A stretch of 63,773 bases of DNA, filler included, from Platydemus manokwari (taxonomy: Eukaryota): assembly GCA_037951405.1 (NCBI GenBank). It is 6 parts of 6 records of this genome, joined end to end, with 100 filler letters (N's around TTAATTAATTAA, not from the genome) between each part and the next. Parts side by side here need not be neighbours in the genome. Positions count along the whole stretch, not along the records: positions 1 to 9,472 come from JBBMOY011244429.1; positions 9,573 to 19,953 come from JBBMOY011138217.1; 4 more parts are not named here. The stretch is one strand, 5' to 3'. Position numbers and translations under genes: made by a program. Each line of letters opens with the position of its first letter. Position 1 is the first letter of the stretch. A model generated the notes under the pieces. The model was not told where the DNA came from and ran no database searches. It worked only from the letters and a program-made list of their open reading frames with translations. Below, one piece after another: positions 1 through 10,948 of this stretch.

Positions 1-1488
1 TTTTAGTATCCCACAGTTTATTATTCTATTTATGTATTTATTAATTTATCGTTTCTATTTTTGGAATTTATAATTTATATTTGTGGTTACTATTTATGGA
101 AGAGTCTAGATCTTTTGAAAAAAAATTATATGATTTAATATTATTATTTTAGGGTATTTCTATACCCAACACTACTGTTACTAAATATATCTGTAAAGAT
201 ACTTGTTTATTACTTTAATTGGTAAGTGAGTATTTTATTTTTATCAATTTTCAGTGACTTGATCAGTCTCGAGGGCTCCAGATTTTATGGTCTCAGGAGT
301 AACAGTAAAATATCTGCTGTCTCTTGTGCTCAAGCAACAATATAATGTACAAACTGCGTCGATAGTGATTATCTCAAAATAAATATTATTTATTATTATC
401 TCGACGATGATTAAATAATGATAGGATGTCGAGTGCACTAGTATGAAATTAACATTCAAAAACCTTTGTAGACTTTGTGAATAAATGTTATAATTAAATT
501 ATAATTAAATTTCTATTAATTTATTCGTATTGTTTTTAAATTCTTAAGCGTTATTATAAATCATTTATGTGTTTGTAGACAGTTAAGATTAATAGTTAAA
601 ATTGTAAATGGTTTATTATTTTAGTAACAATTATGTAATACTTATATATTAACAAATAATTGTTTAAATTGTTAATAATATTATTACTACTTTTATCTTT
701 AACGAATATCTGATATAGATAACTTAAAAGGAGTTTGAAAATTAATAAATAATCCTTATTTAAATTAAAATGATAAAATCTGAAAATTGTGACAACTAAA
801 GTACAAACAGTATTAATATCTCGATAACAAAAGCATTACATTATTTCTGTTAGCCGCTATTGTTTTATAAAGCACGCATTGAAAATGAATTAAAAAGTCA
901 AGACACCAAGTTATCTATTGATTAAAGAAAATATATATCTTTTATTATTATTTATATCCGTTTTATTTGGTTATGGTTGATTATTTTTTATTACGCCATT
1001 AGCTTTGGTTTTGGACACTTGTTCGAGGGGACTTCGACTGAAATAGCCTAAAGGTTCCTAAATAAGAAAAAAATGAACAATATTCTTACTCCGCACAATC
1101 GATTTGCGAAAGAATAAATATGTATCTTTGTGCTCGAAGTCTTCCTCTGCGTCACTCGTTTTCCAAATGATCAATTAGCAAAAACGTACTCGAAGCTTAA
1201 TTTAATCCAAATAGACACTTTTTTCCGCTTATATTCCAATGTCGTGTAAAGTGTGTTCTGTGACAGTGTGATAGTGAGTATTTTACACATTTTTGATCGA
1301 CTACTTATATTAGCTCGAAATTTTTGTCGAAATCTTCTTCTTTCCCTCTTTACAATGAAATAAAATAATAATAATAAAATAAATTTGAATAGCAAATAAT
1401 ATTGTCAAAATGATTTACATTAATATTATCAACTATAATAACAATCAGAATAACATTGTCAATTAAATAACAATCAAAATGACATTGT

Positions 1489-2150
1489 TTAAATCAATAT
1501 TATTGTTGACCTCGGGCAACACTCATGTTCAATAACTATATTATACGGCATGAGATGCAGTGAATTGGACAAAAATAAATTTGAATTTAGGAACTCAATG
1601 AGCTTCTGATCTGGCTTAATGAATTCCAACATTACGACAAGCGGTAGGTTTTCTGCTATAATTCTGGTCTGTTCAAAGGTGGTTCTAGTTCGGAAAATTT
1701 TTCTTAATGCTATGTGGATTGTTGTAAATGCATCTATTATGTTGTTCCATAACATTTTGAAAGGAGTGTGGATGGCGTGTATTATTGCCTTGTCGTAGAC
1801 AATGTCTTCTTTTGGAATTATTTCCTTGATCATAAACTTCGATTTTGATGCCGTATAGGCGATTATTAGTGTTCTTTCATCTTGAGAGGCACTCTTTAAA
1901 TTGTTCGGCAACTCATTAGCGGCGTTAAAAATTCTTAAGGTGAATTCTTCTGGTTTTCTACGGATTACCGACTGTATGTTGTAAAACCTTGGATAATACT
2001 GAATGTAGGTATGCTCGATTTCCATATTCATGCTACGGGGATTTAAAGAATTAAAATTCATGCCCCTATAACAACGATGCTTATTTGTCCTTTTGATATT
2101 TAAGCAATTGGCATAAGAAATGACTTTTTGGAATAATTTTGGGTTTATAT
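1489..2150 (-). pseudogene. Accessory ORF of Gypsy element, distal domain, copy A (internally deleted and truncated in the exonuclease part)
   Basis: ORF 1489-2061 stays open upstream to about 2160 (KVKYINPKLFQK...RGMNF). ASKSKFMIKEIIPKEDIVYDKAIIHAIHTPF...IVIEHECCPR is paralogous to the minus-strand translation of about 8510-9020. Confidence 0.7.
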
Positions 2151-2153
2151 ATT

Positions 2154-4400
2154 TTAACTTTCCTTGATTTTCATTGGCCGAGACTTTTTAACAATGTTTT
2201 TATTGCTTGGCGAATTTTTTGCCAAAAGATTTTGATTTAATATTTTCAATTTTTTATTGGGTGAAGGGTTACAGGGTTTTACGTACATAAATTTATTTTT
2301 ATTTACAAATTTATTGTCTACTAATTTATTTACAATTTCATTACCATATTCCGAATATTTAAAAGAATATTTAATATTTACAAATTTTCCTAAGTTATTT
2401 TTATTTACATCAATTGTTTTCCTATTTAATCTATTTACAATTTTATTGCTACAATATACATTTATATCAAATTTATTCCTACAATATACACCCATACTAT
2501 TTTCATTTCTACAATATATATTCATACTGCAATATACACCTATACTATTTTTAACCACAAACAATTCCCTATTCTGTAATTATCAAGTCTCAATAACCTA
2601 CTTTCTTAAGAATTTTACTATACACCTTATAACTCATGGATCATCAACACCATAGTGGTCACGCTTGTAATTATTACTCCTAAAATTATTTTTCCTATTG
2701 TTATTTCATTTTCCATTTCTACTGATGTTTTCTTTATTTGCATTCTAGTTGTGAATTTCTCCTTAACTTCTGTTATTCTTTTTCTTTGCGTTACAATTAT
2801 CGGTTTTATTGTATATTTTATAAAAATTTTAGGCTGTATGACTATTTATTCTCGGTGTATTGTTATTTTCGGATTATTTTTCATGTAATACCAGATATTT
2901 ATTTGAACTGTCTGATCTTCTTTTATTTCTTGAGTCATTATTTCCTCTGCTGAATTTATCGTATGCTCTTATTTTTTAACATGCATTCTAACATTCACGT
3001 AGTTTAGTGCTTCCCATTTTATTTGTATTCAGATTTTTCTCAATGAACACTTTTCTCGGCATTTCTGGTGTTTGAACTATCATTGTTTTCATATTTTTAC
3101 CTTTCCTTATCATTAGTTGATCTATTACACCACAATTCAACTTATGGCTCCCCTTATGCTTTCATGGACTCTATCATCGGATTTTTTCCAAACTTGTTCT
3201 CCTCTAACATTCATTTCATTCAATATTTGTACATTAAATTGTTCTTTATCATTATTATCTATTAATGTTATTTGACCATATCTTGAGTATGCTTTGATCT
3301 TATCTTTTCTAAAATCCTCGTAAGAAAACATCATCATCGGACTTTGACATGGTTGAAAATTCGTTAATATTAACAAGGCTGACATCATTCTCGCTATTCT
3401 AGGTACTCGTCTTATACTTATAGCTGGTGGATCGACTTTTCTCTTCTTAGTATACATCATACAACTGCTATTATTATTGCTGTAACCATGATGGTGAAAC
3501 TTATTGTGCATGTTTTTCTTAGATTTTTAATGTCCTCTGTTTCCCTTATAATTTCAGTTAACTTTATCCTTTCTTTTATCAAAATACTCTTCCCTTCTTG
3601 TTGTTTAATTTCTAATTTATGTTTACATTGATCTGTTTATCCCTTAACTATCCTTTTCCATTCCTCATCCCCTAACTCTTTATGTTCATTAATTATTTCC
3701 TTATTTAACCAATCTAGCATCAGGAATTTATCCCCTTTTGTTGCACAAGATTTAAAAACTTTCTCACAATTGCATTTAGGTTTTAACACGTTCTTATAAC
3801 ATTGTTTTGCTGATATTTTATACATTCCTACTTTGGGAAGTAACATTGCTTGTTCTGGTACATTATTATTCAATGCTATATTTACTTCATTATCTACTGT
3901 TATTTTGATTGATGTTCCTATTAATGGTTGTAGATGATATCTTATTTTCCTAGTATGCGGTTCCCATGATATTCCTATCCTGTCTTTTCCTTTTGGAGCT
4001 TTAAATTTGCATTCATTTGCTACTGGTTTTACTTTATTCATCATTAATTATAAACCCCCTATCACTGATACTGTCAACTTTCTTTGACTCATGAATTCTA
4101 TCATGGCCATGATATTTACTCTCCATTGTTGTTCTAACTTTTCCTCCGATTTCCTATTATCGTTATTGATCTTAACCGCTCTTTCTTGCATATTTCTCCG
4201 TATCCTTGATGACACTTCATTATTATTTCTACAGATTTCTCTTTTTCATTAATTTATATATCATATATATGTTTTTAAGTTTCTCCATTTGCATTTATTC
4301 TGACATTCTATTTTTGCTCTATTATTTTCTGTCGTAACAAAATAGGGTAGTGTGAACTACTTAAATTCTGATTTTTCAATTCTACAAACGGATTCCTTAT
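2154..4400 (-). pseudogene. Decayed accessory/env-like coding region downstream of Gypsy integrase
   Basis: Chain of same-strand ORF fragments (3637-4044, 3137-3511, 2154-2564). Includes a signal-peptide-like stretch (RMMSALLILTNFQPCQS) and a TM-like stretch at about 2640-2710 (ITIGKIILGVIITSVTTMVLMI). It lies 3' of pol, where env or extra ORFs sit. Confidence 0.45.
2440..2560. repeat. Degenerate ~30-bp tandem repeat (core acaatataca), encoding YC(R/S)N repeats on the minus strand
   Basis: Four successive acaatatac/gcaatatac units about 30 bp apart. Translation GVYCSMNIYCRNENSMGVYCRNKFDINVYCSN. Confidence 0.6.
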
Positions 4401-4699
4401 CTTTCTTTTTTATAACTGATGAAGTGTTTACAACATTATTTGATATTATATTAAATTAACTTACGCCTTATTTAATTCTGTCTTATTACTTTCTTTTTCA
4501 GTCTTATTTGTGCATTAATTGGACTTATCATTAAGTTTATCATTAAACAAATTAACACTATTCGATATATCCTTCTTATTGATTTCATTTTTCATTCCTT
4601 CTCTATTTTTTCTATGGTGTTAATATTTAGAATATATTTTTGTGTTTTTTCTGGCTTCTTCCTTAGGGATCTTTTATATTAATTGTTGCTTGTTGCTCT

Positions 4700-6160
4700 T
4701 CTGCTTTTTTACACCTATTTACGTGAACGACAGGTGGGTCTTCATTTTTCTTTTAAATAAACATATTGGTATCGGTCACTTTGAATACCTCATAAGGTCC
4801 CTTATTTGGCCTTTGTAATTTAGATAAAATTCATTTCTTTACTTCTTGGACATAGATACTAACTTTATCTCCTACCTTAAATCCATGATTGTATGCTTTT
4901 TATCATAATAATCCTTATATTGCTTCTGTTTGAATTTTAAATTTAATTGAGCATGTTGGTATGCCTCTCCTAGTTTTTCTTTCATTACAGTTACATATTC
5001 CTTTTCATTTATTTATTGAAATGTTTGTGGCAAAAATTCTAAGTCTATTGGCAAATACGTATCTCTAAAATACATGAGATAGAATTGTGAATAGCCGGTT
5101 AATAACAGCTGTATTAAATGCGAGTGAGTATGGTTTTATATATTCATCCCAATCAGTTTGCTTTTTATTTAAAAAAATTCGATAGCATATTTTGTAATGT
5201 TTGATTGTAACCCTCTACTAATCCATCAATTTTTGATCTATATGTGGATTTATTGATTTTCTTTATTTTAAACAGTTCTGTCACTTCCTTTATGGTGTTA
5301 CTTAAGAAATCCTTTCCTCTATCGGTTAATAATTTACTGGGCACTCCATATTGAAATATTATGTTTTCCATTAGTAACTTAGCTATGGTTTCGCAAATGA
5401 CATTCTTGTAAAATAGTCACAGAATGCTATTGTGTATTTATTTCCTTTTTCCGTTATTGGTAAAGATCCTATTATAATCATTACACACATTTCCATTGGT
5501 CTTCCTAATGGTGCTAAAGATTTTAGAGGTACTTTTTTTATTCTACCGGTATTTTTCCTAGTTGCACATAATGAACATTGGTTACACTATTTTTCAACGT
5601 CTTTTTCCATATTATCCCAATAATGTTTGATTTTCAGCTCTCCGTTTGTTTTTCTTTTTGATAGATGACCTCCCAAGGCCCCATCATGGTAAGATAACAA
5701 CAAAAGTTCCCTTAATCTCTTGGGTACTACTACTAGATTTTCATCACCATATATTAGAATGTTTTCCTTATTTAACTTATATCCCTTTGTCTTTTAGCTA
5801 TCTTCTCTTTCTATGAACCATCTTATTTTTCTTATTTCACTATCTTCCTTTTTCTCATTTACTATCCCCGCATGTCTGTTTTGGTATTAACAGTTTGTAT
5901 GAATGAATTTACACCATTTATTCCTAATGTCTTTACTTCTGCTTTTTCAGGAATTCTGGACATTGTGTCTGCATTCGCATTTGATTTTCCTGTCCTATAT
6001 ATTATTTTAATGTTATGGTCTTGTAATTTTAATGCCCATTTAATTAATCGGCTGCTTGTATCCTTATGCTTCATCAAACTTTCTAATGGTTTATGATCAG
6101 TTTTTAATATTATTTAGGTTCCATAGATGTAGTGACAAAATTCTTTTAATGCAAATTTTA
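4700..6160 (-). mobile_element. Ty3/Gypsy LTR retrotransposon pol remnant: RNase H C-terminal part, H2C2 zinc finger, integrase core, GPY/F tail
   Basis: RNase H: TDHKPL...SSRLIKWALKLQDHNIKIIYRTGKSNANADTMSR. H2C2: LVVPKRLRELLLLSYHDGALGGH...CSLC. Integrase: YGVPSKLLTDRGKDF...DGLVEGYNQTLQNML. Tail: KGPYEV...VVHVNRCK. Contains stops and frameshifts. RH-before-IN order is Gypsy-type. Confidence 0.92.
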
Positions 6161-7479
6161 ACATTTATGTGTTTTAATGTTTATTCGCCTCGACGATCTC
6201 GACTTATATGAAGATAAGCTGATCCGCGTAAAAATCGATATGATTATTTTATTCTTGTCCCTTGCCTATCTTATCGTCTCTTCACTTTTATTATCAGTCT
6301 CTTTAATCAATTTATTTAACAAAATTATTCCCAAAATCGGTGGTGAATGACAATGTGCTTTATGTATTATTAACTTGTGATGTCCTATGCCAACTAGAAA
6401 TTCAAAAATCAACTCGATGTTTATGTTATAAATGTTTATTATTAATTACAATTATACATCGAAATATGAATTACTACGTTATACAATTAGAGCTATAAAT
6501 TACTACTTATATGACAATTATATGCAATTAGCAATGATTATAAAGTATTACAATATACAATGATATTAAACAACTACTTCTATGCACTTAAACGATGTAA
6601 TTAAATTCAATGTGCAATTCAATGGAAGCAGATTAAGGACCAACAGTTACCCTTTTTGATGTTGGGTCAGTGTCCGTTTCTTCAGAGTTTTTTCCGAGCT
6701 CTGCTCAATAAATATGAAGAATATACGATATATATATGGTAATATGTATTTTACAAAAATGTTTCTTACGTGATTTAAACCTTCGGTATTTGGTATAATT
6801 AAATAATCTTCCTATATTTCTATAGGGCATAAACTGGATCGCATGGCTTCGGCGGCAAATTATCTTCTTTACGAATTCACCCAACACACTATTCTAGAGG
6901 TTTCCAATTAAGAGTAATGCATATGATGTTTGACTACTTATATACGATTCAAGGGACAATAGGAAATTATTCGGATAGAATAAAATATGGGGGATTGATT
7001 CCCAGTTCAATTGTGACGACTTTTCACAATACACAAGGATTATTTCTCCGATGCGGTTGCCTTGAGGGAAAATATAGGGGTTATATAATTAATATTTTTG
7101 GTTGCTACACAGAAATAAGAAATTATTAACTTATTTCTATTCTAATTAATTTATTTTATCCAAAATGAACATAAAATTTTATCAAAGTTATCTTGAAATA
7201 TTATCATAAATTAAAACCATTTATAATTTTAACTATAATAAAAGTAATTTAATATTAAATCCAAACTTCTAAACTAATTGTTGTTATTATTATTTATTAT
7301 TATTAACCAAGAATATTAAACTATTTTTAATTAAGGGTTATTTAGATTTCTGCTTTAAATTATGTTTTTTAAAGAAAAAGAATTGCAATTGCACATTGAA
7401 GATAATATTTTGTACACAATAAAAATGATAAAAATTTGACTACTACTATACATCGAATCAATTAATGCAAAAATTGTTA

Positions 7480-9020
7480 ATAAAAAATGTCATTTTCCCG
7501 GAACCTCAACACTACAGGGGGTTCAGAGAAGCGTGTCCTCACGCGCACTTTTGCATCGCTTGAGAACTGTTGTATCCGATTTAGGCTTCCGGGAGAAATT
7601 ATTTTCAAAATTGGGGGATCCATGTCACCTTCGCAATGTCGGCTTGGAATTCAAATTAGAATTTCTTACTACTTCGTTGATTTGGTCCGTCATCAAACGC
7701 TCTTTCCATGTTCCGTCTATGGACATCTTCAGTTCGTCCATAGTCATTCGAAATCAGATAGTATTTCGTCGATCTCGTCCATTTCCAAGACATTTGAAGA
7801 TGTTGTGAGCTCATTAATCTATAACATTTGATTCATTTGTCTGATCGATGACAAGTTTTCATTTCTTTGATTTTGCTCCTCTTCAGCAGTCATTTGATTA
7901 TTTGCGTATTTAACTATCTTCTCTCTGAACGATCCGAAGTTTTCGTTCATTGATGTTAGATATTTTCTTTGGGACTTTCTTCTCTTTTTTTCATTAAATT
8001 TTCCTTTATTGGTCGCAATGTTCAAATCTCCTTGCCCTCTCTGATGACAGTCTTCTCATTCAGACTGATTTCTTCAACCCAATCGAAGATTTGGGTGGCA
8101 TTTATAATCAATTCATCTTCTTTCCTGAACTGTCTATTCTTGTTGCTTTTCCATCGATTTTCATATGTGTGGTACAGTTCCATTATAGAAATGACATCAT
8201 CTTTTTGATTAACTTGTCTGGTAATTTTGTTAAACAAATAAAAATTTACCTCTTCTATTGATAGATTGGACTTATCAATATTCTCCGGCAACAATTCATT
8301 CAACAGATCCGAACTTTTGAGATATTTGATACCCATAACCTCTGACAAATGGATATCAAGAGCCTTTAACTTGTTTTTTAGGCCATAACCCACGATGATT
8401 TTTCCTCGTGTATACGATATGACTTTTCTATTGGATTCTTCAGCGTCAAATCCGTAGCAAAGATTGCCACCACTTAAACCAGTTTTTTCCGCATTGTAGA
8501 ATTTAATTTCTGCTCTTGGGTAACACTCATGTTCGATAACTATGCTACCCCAGTAATTTCTTAGGCTGATCCAAACAGGGTGATATTTCCCCTTATAATC
8601 GACCGCAGTCTTAACTTCAATGAAAATGATATGGTGTTTTAATTTTTCATCTGTCACTTCTATGAGTTTTCTGATGAACATCACTTCTATTTTTATTTCG
8701 TTGTACGCATGAGATGTAGCGTATTGGGTAAGAATACATCTAGGTTTCTAGATTCGACAAGCTTCTGATCGGGCTTGATCAGTTCTGTCATTATGACAAG
8801 CGGGAGATTTTCCACTATTATTCTGGTTTGTTCGAAGGTAGTTCTTGTTCTGAAAACTTTTCTTAGTGCGATGTAAATTGTTGAGAACGGCTCTATTATT
8901 TAGTTTTCATTGCTCCACAAAATTCTAAAAGGGGTGTGGACTGCGTGTATTATTGCCTTATCGTAAACAATGTCATCTTTGGGAATCATTTCCTTCAGTA
9001 TGAACTTCGATTTTGATGCC
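7480..9020 (-). pseudogene. Accessory ORF copy B containing an ISG20/REX4-like DEDDh exonuclease domain (8022-8684), decayed
   Basis: IIFIEVKT...VWISLRNYWGSIVIEHECYPRAEIKFYNAEKTGL...RGKIIVGYGLKNKLKALDI...DDVISIMELY follows the REX4/ISG20 pattern (VAxDCEMVG..ARVSIVN..G....YVxP...TDYRT..SGI...KGKILVGHAL.NDLKAL...EDA.ATMELY). The upstream part has one in-frame stop and one frameshift; downstream fragments continue to about 7480. Confidence 0.7.
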
Positions 9021-9472
9021 GAATGCTTTCAAATATTTATTAAATCCCAGATCAAATAATTCACAAAAAAATACAAACCAATTCAAACTAAAATAGAAAT
9101 AAATTAATTAATATAAAAAATTACAAATAATAATTCAGAGAATAATATTTAACTTAATATTTTTTTCTGTTAGCAAAATTAAGTCTTGAATTAACATTCA
9201 TCTATTTAGCATTTGAATGTTATTATGCTGCTCTTTACACTTCCAACACTTGATAAAATCATATCTAGTTTACTCGTCGATGAAAGCAACAATAACATAA
9301 TAAATACGTTTTACAAAATAGTTTTCATAAAAATTGTATATTTTAATATAATTGATAATTTTACAGTAATGCAAATTAATAAAATCATATCTCCAAAACA
9401 TACTATCATGCAATTTAAAATGTTATTGTAGTAAGAACGTGCAGAAATAATTTATTTCAAAATATACTAAGA

Positions 9473-9572
9473 NNNNNNNNNNNNNNNNNNNNNNNNNNNN
9501 NNNNNNNNNNNNNNNNTTAATTAATTAANNNNNNNNNNNNNNNNNNNNNNNNNNNNNNNNNNNNNNNNNNNN
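9473..9572. other. Artificial contig linker
   Basis: 44 N + TTAATTAATTAA (stops in all six frames) + 44 N. Confidence 0.99.
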
Positions 9573-10283
9573 AAATGATTTGGTAAAACAAAAACTTTAA
9601 ACAACTAAAAAACATGAATAACTTTTGACTCAGCCTAATATTTGTTTAATAAGTTAGTGGGATATTTTATAAAATATTTTCTGTTTTAAATACAAAACAC
9701 ATATATTGGCATATATTTTATTTGGATTTGATTGGAATGATACAATTCATACGATTGATATCAAATAGTTTTTGCCTTAATATTTCATGAATCTCCATCC
9801 ATTAGTCACAGTTATTTCATGGCCAAACATTTGACAAAAGAAATTTGCTTTTATCACCAGTAAATCTGTATCAATAAACAAATCTGATTTGTTGTAGTAT
9901 TGTCTGACTTAATTCATAAGCGTCACGTCAACATTAATTGAGAACAGGGATTCATTTTTATTATATTTTTAATAATAATAAAATATTAGTCTTGACATAA
10001 TCGATATTTCCAAAATATGTGTTTATAAAATTAGATCTTGAATAAACGGTTTTGCGTTTGATCAGGTATCGAAATTTAAAAGATTTAAAAAAACAATTGA
10101 GTTATTTTTAAAATTTTTGGTGGATTTCTGATAAGATGATTGGATATTTGAAATAAATATTGCATTATAGCAAATAGTTTATGTCATAATAATAACTGCG
10201 CTCATCAGATCATTTCTATATTGAAGATTCAACCAACATGATTTTGTATTATTAAATATTTGTTATCTGATTGTATAAAACAG

Positions 10284-10948
10284 GTCATAGTGGTGCAGTG
10301 CGATGTGTTAGGGCTGATGCCCATCGTATTGTATCGGGCAGTTATGATCACAGCATTCGAATGTGGGATGTGAAATCTGGTGTATGTATATGTGTGTTAG
10401 ATGGACATACAAATCGCGTTTATACATTATATCTTGGAAAACAAGTTCTTCTTTCAGCCAGCTTGGATACAACTTTACGTGTGTGGAGTAACGATTTGAA
10501 GAGTTGTATTCATGTTTTAGAAGGTCACCGCTCTCTGACATGCGATATTGCTATGAATTCGGATGAATCACTTATTGTGAGCGGAAATGCTGATAACTCT
10601 ATCAGAGTATGGTTGCTCAGTACGGGTGAATGTATCTTGAAACTGGAAGTTGAAAGTGAACAATTATCAGCCTTGACAAGTGTCCATGTTGTACTGGATA
10701 GATTTATTGTTAGTTCTGGTACGGATGGCACTGTGAAACTATGGGATTTGAATAATGGCACTTATATTCGAGACATTGTTCGATTGGAACATGCATCAAG
10801 AGGTATCGTTTGGCGATCTCTGTCAGTTGATCATCACTTAGTATGTGCTGTCGGGAGTCGCAATGGCTTTGAGACAACGAAGCTGATTTTATTTGATTTT
10901 TCAGTTAAAACGCAAACATGGTCATTTACGAAATCCCCAATTTCATGA
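10284..10948 (+). CDS. FBXW7: F-box/WD40 protein 7 (FBXW7/Cdc4/Archipelago/SEL-10), terminal exon
   Basis: WD40 repeats GHSGAVRCV, GHTNRVYTL, GHRSLT, SGNADNSIRVW, DGTVKLWDL and the FBXW7-specific tail GIVWR...LVCAVGSRNGFETTKLILFDF. Acceptor CAG at 10281-10283. Upstream exons not recognised in this contig. Confidence 0.93.

Noticed and set aside
2257-2953. Hydrophobic plus-strand ORFs resembling membrane or mitochondrial genes
   Set aside because: They are antisense shadows of A-rich minus-strand retroelement coding, with no respiratory-gene motifs. The same applies to 43657-44121.
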